Assembly: GCA_964658305.1 (NCBI GenBank)
Contig: OZ210885.1
Coordinates: 10,354,001-10,418,000, forward strand
Origin: Leptogorgia sarmentosa
Taxonomy: Eukaryota
Length of the DNA stretch: 64,000 bases
Direction: 5' to 3'
The number at the start of each line of letters is the position of its first letter. Position 1 is the first letter of the stretch. The translations under genes were made by a program, and so were the position numbers. The notes beneath the pieces were generated by a model, which saw only the letters and a program-made list of their open reading frames with translations, was not told the origin of the DNA and did no database searches. Shown piece after piece: positions 26,399 to 38,899 of this stretch.

Positions 26399-27000
26399 GT
26401 CACCCTGACGACTCGATAGTTACAGCAATTGACATCACATCAGATGGGAAATTTGTTTTGTCTGGAAGCAGTTCGGGAACATTGTCGCTGGTCGACATAG
26501 AGTGTTCTAAATTAGTTCAATTCGCAAAGACCGAATCTGGAGTCGCCATACGTTTTGTCTGCTTATTAAGTGATGATGTCCGTTTCGTTTTTGTTGACGA
26601 GGTAAACAGAATCGAACTTAGAACTTTTAATGATATCGAGGCCAGCGTGAAATTGGGTCAACCAGAAGTTAAAGTCACCTGCATTACTGCTCTTGGTTCA
26701 AACTATGCATTGCTTGGTTGTGATGACGGAGAACTGTTATGGTTTCATGTTAACAATAACTCGCAGTTGAAATTCCCAGCACACGAGGATGCCATTTCTC
26801 AAGTTAAAGGCGAGCTAGGAGGTCATGATCGTTCTCTTCACTTTGCATCGGGGTCTATCGGTGGGTCTGTGAAGCTTTGGAATGTTGACGAAAACGTGCC
26901 GACGTTAATGTGGTCACATGATAACATTTGTTCTAATTCCATTACCGCGTTAGAATTCGTGCACTGCTCCGATGATATCATAGTTACTTCTGGCGACAAG
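26399..27000 (+). CDS. Multi-WD40 repeat protein, exon
   Basis: (G)HPDDSIVTAIDITSDGKFVLSGSSSG...AHEDAIS...FASGSIGGSVKLW; ATGCAG acceptor in phase 1; phase-0 donor AAG|GTATGT. Confidence 0.92.
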
Positions 27001-28430
27001 GTATGTATATCATTTACCAAACGAGATTGTAAAACGTCATTTTTGGCCGTGTTACTTGTTGCATAGGTTGAGCTGCAATTCAAATTTCGTGATGTCTCTT
27101 TACCGAACAAGATTGTCAAACGTTATTTTTTAGGGCTTATAATACTTGTTGTAGTTGAGCTGCACTTCAAATTTCATTTCCTGCAGTACATGAAAAATAA
27201 CACATACCATGCTCATCAGTTGTGAAGCGCCTCTAGAGTGAATTAACTTTGTTCCGAGCATTATCTTAGAAATCGGGAGACAAATTTGGAAGAAAGCCCC
27301 TAGTTCAGCCCTTGCAATTGACTGGAAGAACACAACAAAATAAATGGTGGTGTTGAAGTCGTGTGCATGTTTGTTTTTTCGCTGATCGATGTTTTGTGCA
27401 CTGTGGATAATGTAAAAAAAAAGAAAAAACATGGTGTGCATGTCATTGTTACCGATTCCATGGCGAGAATCGCATTAAGATTAGATCTGTCCGTATGGTT
27501 AAGCACGCTACCTGAGCGTGACTATTATGAGCGAATAGTCAACTCGGACCAATTGTGAAATATTCCCTGAACTAATAAAAGCGCGAAAAATTTCTGAAAA
27601 CACGCGTTCAGTTAGCCTAGGTAGTTTAATATACTCTGCAGTCTCGTACATCTGCATGGACTACATTTATTCAAAAATAGGTACACAAGTGTACATGTAT
27701 TTGCGCTCATGCTACCAGCGCAGTGATACAAACTTGTCAATGCGCGACTTGTTGGGTCTGTCCCGAATGTGTCACCTTGCATGTATAAAATAGTATCCTC
27801 TATCAATTAGAGCGACTGTTTTTCCGAAAGTACTGATTTCTGAAACGCGAGGTTGTGCGTTGAAGACTTGATATAAGCTTTCATAAATATATGGCATTCC
27901 AAATATGAAATTGCAATGGAATTCAAATGAGCGACATACAATATGGCATATTTTAAAGACCTCCTTCAAATTTATTGATGTTGTCGCGTTTTGCGATTGC
28001 TTTTCGAAATATGTGGCTTTCTTTTGACCAAGTTTACCCTTTGTATAAAACCACTTACATACAACATATTCTGTCCATGTCTTTAAATTGTCAATGTCGT
28101 TTTGAATTGCAATTGCGCATTTACTGAGATGTAGAATGTCAAAATTGATTGCCTAAACTTTCGTTCTTGTAGACTACACTTTACAATGTATCGGTACAAA
28201 CATTGCAATACTAACATGCTGCCATTTTGAATATTTTTCGAACTGAAATTGCACAATTACTGGGATTTATACTGCGCAATGCAACCGCAATGCTGCGATA
28301 GTAAATTTTCAGAATCTCAATTTCTAATTCGACGAAATAACACGCTGATATTTATATTGCGCAGTACAACCACAATACTACAAGATCAAGTTTACAGAAT
28401 CGCAACTTCTACTTCGACGAAATAACACGC

Positions 28431-28615
28431 TGACTCCCGCTATCTCGAACTCTCAAGGGCAACAAAAATTTGTTGGAGATAGCGGGAGTTCGACCTGGTT
28501 CAACATAGCGAGGGTTGATGTAAATGTACTGTGAGTTCAATGGAACTGGCTTTCAGTTCGCGAGATAACGCAAGATTCGAGATAACCGAGTTCAAGATAG
28601 CGGGATTCTACTGTA
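28431..28615. mobile_element. MITE with (TCCCGC)TATCTCGAAC subrepeats; related copy at 33089-33258
   Basis: Inverted TCCCGCTATCTCGAAC / GATAGCGGGA motifs; right end GATTCTACTG|TA. Confidence 0.6.
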
Positions 28616-28661
28616 GCGCTCGTGCACTATTCCTTGACAATACAACTGACTAAAATAGCAG

Positions 28662-29188
28662 CCGTTGAACAAAGACCTCAACGGGTAGTACCGAATATTT
28701 CTCAATTGAGAACACGGGTAAATGCCCACGCTAGATTATCGCCTAAGATTGCTGGTCGGCGTTTCAGTATTACTGCATGTTGATATAGTTATATTAGTGT
28801 TAGATATAAACCATTTTTCTATATATACTAAGAATTTTCTTAATCCCAACCCAAACCCTAGAATCCTAACCCTGACCATTGTGGTCGGAAAAATATTGAG
28901 TCAAAAAATGTTTTAATCACTAACGCTGAAAAAATGTGTCGAACCGGGGCTTGAACTATAGAACTGCAACGCACGCACCGCGTGCTTTACCACTTGAGCT
29001 AAATCCAGCTCGCTGCTGACCAATCTGGCCTGGCTAGATGCATATGATTATAGACCCGGGCAATCACTATTCATAATTTACCAGGCCAGGGCCTGCCAGG
29101 CTACTTAGACGATAGTCCAGCGTGGGCATTACCCATGTTCTCAATTGAGAAATATCGGGTACTACCCGTTGAGCTCTTTGTTTAGCGG
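28662..29188. mobile_element. MITE with ~70-bp TIRs and an internal degenerate tRNA-like segment
   Basis: AACAAAGACCTCAACGGGTAGTACC...GCCCACGCT matches AGCGTGGGC...GTACTACCCGTTGAGCTCTTTGTT; internal CCTAACCCT-like repeats. Confidence 0.75.
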
Positions 29189-29553
29189 GTGAAAATAGAT
29201 GCCGTGTGTAACGGTATAAGACAAGTTAACTCTAACGCTAAAATTATGGACCTACAAAAATGGAAGGATAACCGGACTATTTGTGATGTAGCTATTTTAG
29301 CTTCATGATAATACAGTATACGTAGGCTACAATTCATACATTATAGTTAAGACCAGCCTGAATGAACGTTAATGGAGAAATGTTTCACTCATATCCGGCC
29401 ACGACATATACACATAACAACACACATTAATGGACAATGGTCTGCATCGACTGCATGGATGGAAATTCTGGCGCTTTACGTAAGAATGCACTTACAGCCT
29501 TGTAAATTATCAGCTGTAACTCAAAACGTCAAAACGCAATAATAATAACCCGG

Positions 29554-29768
29554 TGTAGCGGTCTGAGATTGTCCGCGTGCTGAGATTGTCCTAGAACTAC
29601 TGCGCATGCACAACAATCTAATATTTGCACGACAACCTCAGCACAACAATTTCAACATGACAACCTCAGCACAACAGTCTCATTGCAACCTTATTACAAG
29701 ACAACCTCAAGAGCATGCGCAGTAGTTCTAGGACAATCTCAGCACGCGGACAATCTCAGACCGCTACA
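29554..29768. mobile_element. Palindromic MITE with TGT...ACA ends inserted at CCGG
   Basis: Perfect ~55-bp TIR TGTAGCGGTCTGAGATTGTCCGCG...; CCGG on both sides (29550-29553, 29769-29772); internal GACAACCTCA repeats. Confidence 0.85.
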
Positions 29769-32700
29769 CCGGTTCAACAAGCGTTTTATGACCATTAATG
29801 TAAACCACGCAGGGGGATGCTGATTTCTTTGATTCTTTGCTTGTTTTGTAGATTTTTAAGTGATTCACGAGATCATTGTCACTTGATGTGCTGCTCTCAG
29901 TACTCGAACTTCGATCTCTGCTGTTGGTGACATGTTTGACATTTTTATACTTCGCCACTTCCCGGTCTCTAGGTCTTCTTTCTCCAAATAGGAGCTGTTT
30001 CGTTTCTCTCTTGTCTCTGCCTTCAAAAGATCGTTGTGATGACCTTTCCATTGGCTTGGATCGACATACTTTGGCGTAGTGGTTACGTTTTCCACAGGCG
30101 TTGCAAAGACATCCTATCGCTGGACATTGTTTGTGAGCACGATCAAATCCACATCTGTCACACGGTATTGTTGTAACTTCACGGTTCGATTATGGTCTTT
30201 GTGCGTGATAATTGTGAGACAAAGGTCGCTGCTGTCTTTGCCGTTGTCGATAATTCTGAACTCGTTTGATTGTTTCTTCAGAGTTAACTTTCATCTCCAT
30301 CTCTTTAGCCTGTATTCGGGTTTCTTCGTCTAACTCAGCCTCCTCTAGAATCTGGTCAAGCGTCCAATTCTTGCGTATTGCCTTAATGCGTAAGACATTG
30401 TTCGTCATTGTTTTTGTATCTGCGAACGCAGATACTATGCTATGACCCTGTTAGCTGTTAGCTGTTAGCTGTTAGCTTCTAGCCAATCAGCGACGAGCTT
30501 TTGCTTATAATTACGTAATGCAAGATGGCGGCGTTCGAGGAGTGAAGGCGATGTTCGATCGGATTTTTGCGAAAATGTGAAGTGCAGTGTTTAAGTACGA
30601 CGGTTTAAGCAAACATTCTTGACTTTGCAGGTCCGTGTCAATGTGCAGTTGTAATTTAACAAAGCATTTGAAACGGCAGCGTGCTGTTTTATCGGCGTTT
30701 CGATTTGTAAATTGAAAATGCGTACAGAGCACACTGTCCAGATGGCCGACCCATGAACGGTTTTGTCACAGCACGCTATATAAAAACTGGATACATTCTG
30801 TTGAAGTAGCCTGTTCGCAGGTTAAATCTAATCACATTCAAGATGGCGGTCAAAATTGAAATAAGGCCAAAACGATATAATTAAATAATTTAATGACATA
30901 TACATGTAATATTAGGTAATCCCACGATATTCAGTATAAAGCCATAGTTTTATGCATATTGGAGGCGCAAAGAAAGTTTTTTCCCAAGGAATTTCCTCGT
31001 ATTTTTCACGAAAGAGTCGAAGGAGGAAGGTGAGAAATGCTGTATATGAGAACAGTCAACACTAACTAAACATCGCTTATTTAATAAGACAGCATGCTGA
31101 TTTAGGAAATCTGTTTGAGTATAGTTCTAGGTTTAAATGTTTTGTGCGTTAGGCTTTGGGGTTCGATTAGTTTCATATTTAGGGTTAGCTTTAGTTTAGG
31201 TTCATTTATTGCTTGCAAACCAATACTTTAGCGGTAGATTTAAGCGCAACCTGGACTTTTTAGCATGTCCGATTGCGCTTTCCGACGACTCATCCGTCAG
31301 TTCTGCTTCACCATTCGCAGATACATGTGCGCTTTGCGAACCTATTTTTGTATCTGCGAACTCAGATACTATGCTATGACCCTGTTAGCTGTTAGCTGTT
31401 AGCTGTTAGCTTCTAGCCAATCAGCGACGAGCTTTTGCTTATAATTACGTAATGCAAGATGGCGGCGTTCGAGGAGTGAAGGCGATGTTCGATCGGATTT
31501 TTGCGAAAATGTGAAGTGCAGTGTTTAAGTACGACGGTTTAAGCAAACAATCTTGACTTTGCAGGTCCGTGTCAATGTGCAGTTGTAATTTAACAAAGGA
31601 TTTGAAACGGCAGCGTGCTGTTTTATCGGCCTTTCGATTTGTAAATTGAAAATGCGTACAGAGCACACTGTCCAGATGGCCGACCCATGAACGGTTTTGT
31701 CACAGCACGCTATATAAAAACTGGATACATTCTGTTGAAGTAGCCTGTTCGCAGGTTAAATCTAATCATATTCAAGATGGCGGTCAAAATTGAAATAAGG
31801 CCAAAACGATATAATTAAATAATTTAATGACATTTACATGTAATATTAGGTAATCCCACGATATTCAGTATAAAGCCATAGTTTTATGCATATTGGAGGC
31901 GCAAAGAAAGTTTTTTCCCAAGGAATTTCCTCGTATTTTTCACGAAAGAGTCGAAGGAGGAAGGTGAGAAATGCTGTATATGAGAACAGTCAACACTAAC
32001 ATCATCGCATATTTAATAAGACAGCATGCTGATTTAGGAAATCTGTTTGAGTATAGTTCTAGGTTTAAATGTTTTGTGCGTTAGGCTTTGGGGTTCGATT
32101 AGTTTCATATTTAGGGTTAGCTATAGTTTAGGTTCATTTATTGCTTGCAAACCAATACTTTAGCGGTAGATTTAAGCGCAACCTGGACTTTTTAGCATGT
32201 CCGATTGCGCTTTCCGACGACTCATCCGTCAGTTCTGCTTCACCATTCGCAGATACATGTGCGCTTTGCGAACCTATTTTTATTAAGTGGTCCCGAATAG
32301 CTTCGCTCTCGTTCGAAAAATTGCATTTCTTTGCGATTTCTCTGATGCGTGTGTAGTAACGAATAAGTGATTCTCCATGGTTTTGTTTCAGATTTCCAAA
32401 CTGGAATCTTGCAAAATCTTTGTTTTTCTTTGGCAGAAAATGCTTATTGAGCTTTTTAACGAGTTGTGAATATTCGTCTTCGCCGGCTTCGTCGCCTGTG
32501 AGGTCAAGAAGCGTGTCCTCTAAATCTGCGATTGTTTGACCGCCGTAAATGATCAATCCGTCTTTCTTCATTTCTGGTTCTGTTATCCCGAAGTAGGGAA
32601 ACTGTCTTTCAATGTTCTGTAGCCATTTCTCCCATGCTGACGCAGTTTCAGTCCGATTTTCGTTGATTTGAAATGGTCTCACGTTGAGTTGGCGGTTCGT

Positions 32701-32948
32701 CACGCTTATATTATTTGCACTTGCATTCGTTCCGGAGCTGGAACCTTTTTTCTCCTTGTCGTGGCTCATAATTTCTCGCTTTAGATCAATATTTAGTACA
32801 TCCTCGTCGCCAATGTAGTAACTTACGTATTTAAGAAGACAACTCTTCGTACAGTGATCTTTTACTAACCGCCCTATTATTCACAATGATTGCTTACATC
32901 TACAGTGTAGCCATGCATGGTTAATATATGTACATACTTAATACTACA
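29769..32948 (-). mobile_element. Ty3/Gypsy LTR retrotransposon 5' remnant (LTR, PBS, gag with zinc knuckle, start of protease)
   Basis: 135-bp LTR 32814-32948 with TGTAGTA...TACTACA ends; PBS TGGCGACGAGGAT at 32800-32812; gag from 32769 (WEKWLQNIERQF...ARFQFGNLKQ...KKCNF...IRDHLIK|TMTNN), CNACGKRNHYAKVC knuckle; a stop at 30190; truncated at VYINGHKTLVEP. Confidence 0.9.
30416..32281 (+). mobile_element. Head-to-tail dimer of a Helentron-associated (HINE/DINE-1-like) element, 2 x ~934 bp
   Basis: Units 30416-31349 and 31350-32281; 5' GTATCTGCGAAC(G/T)CAGATAC hairpin/subTIR, (GTTAGCT)n microsatellite, 3' subTIR TTCGCAGATAC; inserted in a T5 run within gag. Confidence 0.85.
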
Positions 32949-33088
32949 GTCAAATATGATTGACTGTTACACATGGCTTACTGTTTTATATCACTGACAA
33001 GGCTATAACTGGGGACCGCGCCGGAAAAACTCCTGAGGTATGAGATTGACAAATCTGATTTTGTATAAACCTTGTAGCTATATGCATG

Positions 33089-33258
33089 AGAATCCCGCTA
33101 TCTCTAACTTGGTTATCTCGAATCTCGCGTTATCTCGAACTGAAACTCATAGTTCATTTATATCAACCCTCGCTATGTCGAACTCCCGCTATCTCGAACA
33201 AATTTTCGTTTCCTAATTGAGAGCGAGATTGAGAGTTCGAGATAGCAGGATTCTACTG
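33089..33258. mobile_element. MITE related to 28431-28615
   Basis: AGAATCCCGCTATCTC...GAGATAGCAGGATTCT inverted ends with the same subrepeats. Confidence 0.6.
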
Positions 33259-33442
33259 CATGTACTGCTGATTATTCTAATTTGCTAAACAAGTGTAAAG
33301 AGTTTGAACCCCTTATAGCTACATGATCGTTGTTGTGGCGCGCTTTATTTCAGTTTGAAAGTAAGGTCTAAATTTTTGCATGTTATATATTCATGTACGC
33401 GTAATTTCAGGGCAAAGTGCGGAGTTTAATGTAGCAAATAAC

Positions 33443-34090
33443 TTTTTTTTCCGGTCCATAACTCCAGGTCCGTAACCTAAATAGAGCTTTCTGATTGGTT
33501 GCCGAGAGGTCCGTATCCTACGGTACGGACCGCTCGCATTCTCGTGGATTTAATAGAAATTGAGTCAATGTTTTTGTTTTTTTAAAATTGAATGGCGGCT
33601 TTTTAAAACATTCAAAACGAATGTAGGCGATAAAGAACACATGAAAGTTCACTTTACTATGCTAAGGGATATTTTAACAAAGAAGTCTCATAGTATGAAC
33701 AAAACAAAACATTCTCGGCGAGATATTTGGGTGTCTAAAGCGTATTTTAACCATGTTTGTATCGTGAAACGACCGGTAAAATAATTAATTTTAATAAGTC
33801 TACCTTTTTCTTAGTAATTTTGAGTGGATAAGCGTCAATATCGAAGAAAATGCGTGAATATTGAATGGTTTTTTTCTCACTTCGTCTTGGCTGTTTAGCA
33901 GCCATACTTGCGATAGAGTAGCAAAGTAAACAAACAAACTGATCTCAAAATCTAGTTCGCAACACTTGAATTTTTTACGAATTTTGTCATAACATCGAGG
34001 AGAAAAAATAAATCTATTATTTACCGTTTAGGTCGGTCCGTACGGGAAAATATTTTGTCTCGGTCTCAAAAACGTTCCTCGGCCTTCGGC
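33443..34090 (-). mobile_element. Family D copy 3, truncated at the hairpin apex
   Basis: Colinear with D copy 2; similarity stops just after GGCCTTCGGC (34081-34090). Confidence 0.8.
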
Positions 34091-34192
34091 GCTAGACCGT
34101 ACTAACTGGAATCACTGCTGACCGTTAACAGCGGGCGCCGGGGTTACGATTTCTGGCCATGCTTCCGCATTCGCCGTGGTATTGAGATAAAC

Positions 34193-34520
34193 TTGAACAA
34201 AATGCTACGCTTACTGCTTGTTCTCAGAGGGACAAAACGCTCAGAGGGGCAACAACTCCGGGTGCGGCTACCCATAACAATTAACCACCTTAACCTATTT
34301 CAAATGTTGCTCGGCGTTCTGTTCACACAGTCCTTTGACTCTAAGTTGGTTTGGGCTGCTATGACATTATCATTTTTTGGCTTTCTCGGTCTTGGAGAAT
34401 TAACTTGCCACTGTAAGTTCAAGCCAGATATACACCTGACCAGAGAATGTATTAATTTTTCACCGAATAGTGGTGGCAAAACACCTCAATTCATGACGGT
34501 CCTTTGGTTAAAACTAAGAG
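34193..34520 (+). mobile_element. Tyrosine-recombinase fragment of a DIRS/Ngaro-type retroelement
   Basis: LRGTKR...RLPITINHL...VWAAMTLSFFGFLGLGELT, matching the FFGFLR.GE motif with R replaced by G; three GGGATCTTAACCCC-like repeats follow at 34703-34781. Confidence 0.75.
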
Positions 34521-35285
34521 TTCCTAAAAAAACTATTCGAACAAAACAAAACAAAACAAAACAAAACTATAAACAAAAAATATGGGTTCGTCTATGGGGA
34601 ATACACTTTCCGTGTATTTGTGGGGTTGAAGTGCTCCCAATGATCACTTTCAGGCCATAGACTCAATTATTCAATGTAATTCATTCCTAGGAACTGTCCA
34701 AGGGGATCTTAACCCCTTGGACAGGTTAATGTTAGTGAGGATCTTAACCCCCTAACATTGCCGGATGGGGATCTTAACCCCTATGGCTTCCAGTCTCCTA
34801 GCGGGCCTATATGCACCCCGCTGGGTTCCTTAACCAAAAATATCTATGAGCCTATGAATACGTGTATAATATTGTAATACAGGAGTACTTCATCCCAATG
34901 ACCCATTTCACCCATACCAAATTTGTGTCCTTTCTGTGTGTTCTCAGCAGCTAATACTTTCTATTTCAAAGAGCACTTGGCCTATTAACACCCAATTAAA
35001 ATCGTGAAAGTTTTTCCACATTTTGCACATTTTGCGTGTTCGTTTAGAAAATATTTGAGTTGTAATGTTTTCCTTTATACACCCTGTCAGGGACAGGAAC
35101 AGAGGCAGCCACATTGGCAGAGGCAGCCCGTTGTCTGCGTTCTAGATATATCATACTCTATACGTATACTAGATATTGCACAGCGATGCAATACATGAAT
35201 TTGATATTCGACTGTCGAAAACAATATTTTACGACTCTTTATTATACAGTCGCAAATATTAATAACCCCCAGTCAGTAAACCTGA

Positions 35286-35500
35286 TTATTATATATTTAA
35301 TATTTATTCTCGTTCCTGATTGGTCAGAAAGCACCGGCTAATTCTCAGTATTCGGTATTTATTACGTATTTTCCGCCGATGACGTCATCAGCGTCCAATA
35401 ATTATTTTTTTGGATCGAACTTGCATCCCTCTCCCAAAATAACATTGACCTCGGTCTGAATAATTCTTGATATCATGCTCAGCCTCATCCAATAATTATT
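35286..35500 (-). mobile_element. Internally deleted element related to family F
   Basis: TTATTATATATT start, CTGATTGGTC motif, and end CCTCATCCAATAATT shared with 17700-17715. Confidence 0.5.
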
Positions 35501-36413
35501 TATTATTTGAATATTAAAAATTTCAGCTAATTACATCATATCGAAATTTGAAGATAACCTGTGCATCATTTTACTTATTATGCCTAACCATCTGCAAGTT
35601 TGACAAAGAAATAATTCTTACAAAAAGAAAGTAAATCTTGTATAACGTAAAGTTTGATCTACAAGCAGGAAAAACGGCGCGCATGCCTTCCCGAACTAAG
35701 TTTAAAAAACAAAGTAAGAGAAAAATAACAAGATATGACTGAATAAACAAAAATATTTATATTTAGGTCATAAAAAAGGAAGGGTATGACAAAAAAATTA
35801 TCTGAATAGAAGGAGGAAAATTCGTACAGCAGACACCAAAGTTAATATAAAATTCGTACAGTTCTTGGAAGTTTTGACAATCAACGGAATTGACCGCAAT
35901 GATATCAATATAAGATATAACTGTATTCACAATGTTGACATTAATTATCCTCTTTTCAAATTGTTTATTACGCACCGGGTTAACTTGTTCCACATGCAAT
36001 TAGAGGGATACAGTTGCATTGGTGTTTACTTCAGTTAAATATGATGTGTTGAATTATATAATTCGCGATCGCTTCATAATTTACGTCTTGGTATATCTAT
36101 TTTCCCAGGAAATTGCTGTAACATGTTAGATTAAACATTAATTACATAGGCGTATAGTAACTATTTTTATTGATTACACCGTTCCGAGCCGGCGTTGATT
36201 TTAAAAACAACCAAAACACGCAGTATTAATTCCATATATGTTTGTTGAAATACCACTCGTGCTTCGCACATATTACAGTTTCACGCAACGAAGCAAACAA
36301 ACTTAGCAATTTTAAATACATAATCATAAGTGTTAAAAATCGGAAGTCGTTCATCTTATTTTGCTGAGAAAATAACCAATGTTGTATTAAGCAGTAAATT
36401 ATTATTTTGACAG

Positions 36414-36669
36414 GTTGAGCGGATAAATGCCAAAGGAATTGTGCATCGTTACACATCACAAGTGTGGCGTAGAATTGAAACAATTCGCGTGGTCCAGAAC
36501 TTCCTCTTTGGTGTTATTTCTTACAATCATGGAGTTGCTAAAGGAGCTAAAGAGGAAACGTCGGTCATAAAGTGGAAACTGAACGAAGAGTGGTACGACG
36601 AGGAATCTGAATGTTTTACCAGACGTGTTTTAAGGGTGAACAATTCTCGCAGTCACGTGGCTGTTTTAG
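36414..36669 (+). CDS. Multi-WD40 repeat protein, penultimate exon (divergent repeat)
   Basis: TGACAG acceptor in phase 0 and donor TAG|GTAATT in phase 1; this phase pair is needed to link the exon ending at 27000 to the last exon; open frame VERINAKGIVHRY...SHVAVL. Confidence 0.75.
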
Positions 36670-38597
36670 GTAATTTATTTCATTTTTTAATCTCAATTGC
36701 AACAACGTGTGGTTGCGCAATTCTTCTAGTATCAGCACAGCCTTACTCTCCGACATTCCGTCCACGCCCTTGTTTCCCCGTCCACTGCACAAATGCCTAG
36801 ACACCAGTCTTTTCAAACCAACAAGAAGTTTATCCGAGCAATGGAAGTAACATGCGAATATGCTGCATTTTGAACCTCCGAATGCGAAACCTCCCCTGCG
36901 AATATACCCCATTCCAGTAGGCTTAACCTCACGTAACACCACGTGCATTACCCGTTTGATTTGCAACTATGTTATCCAGAAAGTATTCGCACGGAAATTT
37001 TGAGCATTACCCACAGCTTAGTCTGTATGCATTTTCCCCGAGCGTACGAGCGTAAGGCCTGGCGAGGGTACTATGTCCGCCTGGCAATTTTCACCCGGGA
37101 AAATAAAAACCCAAGGCAATTTGGAAGACCTGTCGTGGATAGACCACCCACTGATCTGAGAAACACTGGATTATGCGAATCCTGCAATTAAGCCTCACTC
37201 CTTTATGAGAAAATTGACACGAGCACTCTCTGCAGTGTTTCTTTAGCTCAGTGGTTCGTGTCTTAGCCAGTCAGTGCTCCGAAAGGGTTGTCCGAATAGA
37301 AATCCATTTCGCTATATTCACTCGATTATATCTTCCGTTGTTCTGTATGAAACTAGTTGAAATTTCGTAATTATGTTTGGTTACCAGAACTATAGCATAC
37401 AAAAATATGGAATCGAAATAGCAGAAATTCATTTGTTTCAATCGAAAAATGTATGTTACGCGACATCTAGTCCCAGTCCTTCTTCGTGTATTGAGATCAC
37501 CTGATAGATAGGCATGTTTCCACATCGGCTATATCGGTCAGCAATGTTCCCTGACTAATTGACCCTTGGATCAGGCAGTTTTAGCTGCATATTACGAAAC
37601 GTCGGATTTAAAGCTATGTAATTTAGACGAGACTCGCTGAAAATATTTGCAGATAAGTCCCTGTTTACTCTACTAATATTCCCTAATTAATATGTTATGT
37701 AAAGAATTGTGAAAAGGTAGTTTGGTTGCAGTATACGTGAACAATTTCTGAGACAGCGACTTATATAACGTGACCTCTGGACCCTACCTCCCACACAGGC
37801 GCTTTATGCTTTTAATAGAAATTAGGAATTTGTGCGGGCTCTTAGTCAGATATGCGCGGGCATTTTTGACACTTGCGAGAATGTTGAGGTGTCAAGACAA
37901 GACGCCTATCCCTAAATTTGCGCCCGCACCTGTTACTAATTACTCGGGCTACCGTAGGTAGACCGAGTTTAAAAATGGGCTTCGATTCTTTTTTTCGGTC
38001 GCGAGTTTGCAAAAAACACGCGTGGGCGTGGGCGACACGAAGTCCTTGAACCAATGAAAACCTTCGTTGAATCGTTTCACGCGTGGGTTCATGGTGCATG
38101 CCACGGGCACTGCCAGTGGGTTCGTCATTTATAAACTTCATGTAGCCCGAGTGAACGCCTGATAGGCGTCTTGTTTCTAATAAAAGAATAAAAGCGACTG
38201 TTGAAGAGGCAGCTCGGTACTCGAAATTGAATTGCCAGTTGCGACAAATTCCTTTGGGTAACATACCTGCAACATAAATCACAATGAAGCTAAAATTGCG
38301 TCACAAATATTGGCAAAATAATTATTCTGTATAACGTAGACGTTAGATAACACGGCTAACAACCCAAGATCAGCTCGCAAGTGATGGCAAAAAATGATTC
38401 GCGTCTGTACATCCAATGTAAAATACGTCTCACGTTGTTCCAAAAATTTTCTTGGGAAAGAAGAACATTGGGTATCCAATGCGATCAAAATCTTTCGTTC
38501 GTAACAGCCACTATAAACAGAAAACATGGCTATCAGTCCAAAATTGATCGCAAAACATTGCCTTAACAGATTTAAAAATTTTAAATCACACTTTTAG

Positions 38598-38899
38598 GTC
38601 GTGGTTCTTTGGTGATTGAGAACTTCATAACTGGAAAGGTTCTCCATAGATTTCCAATTGAAAATGCCGAACGTATCAGAGCGTTGGCATTAGCGCTTGA
38701 TGGTAAATTTCTTTTGTCATGCTCGGATGAAGACAAGACGCTGAAACTGTGGAACCTACCAAATGGAGAGCGTGTTGAAGAGTTTCATTTCGACCGGTAT
38801 GTTTTAGCCATTGCATGTGGTTCAAATGGAATGGTTTGTGTTGGCCTGAAAGGAGGTCGGGTCTGCTTCCTTCGTCTTAATAAGTTATCCTCGTATTAA
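38598..38899 (+). CDS. Multi-WD40 repeat protein, terminal exon
   Basis: IRALALALDGKFLLSCSDEDKTLKLWNL...VCVGLKGGRVCFLRL-stop; TTTTAG acceptor in phase 1. Confidence 0.9.

Noticed and set aside
31140..31205. TTAGGG-like repeats as an interstitial telomere
   Set aside because: A few degenerate units internal to the Helentron-type element, present in both copies.
32134..32280. C-terminal part of the 211-aa ORF as genuine protein
   Set aside because: Read-through from gag into the inserted Helentron-type element.
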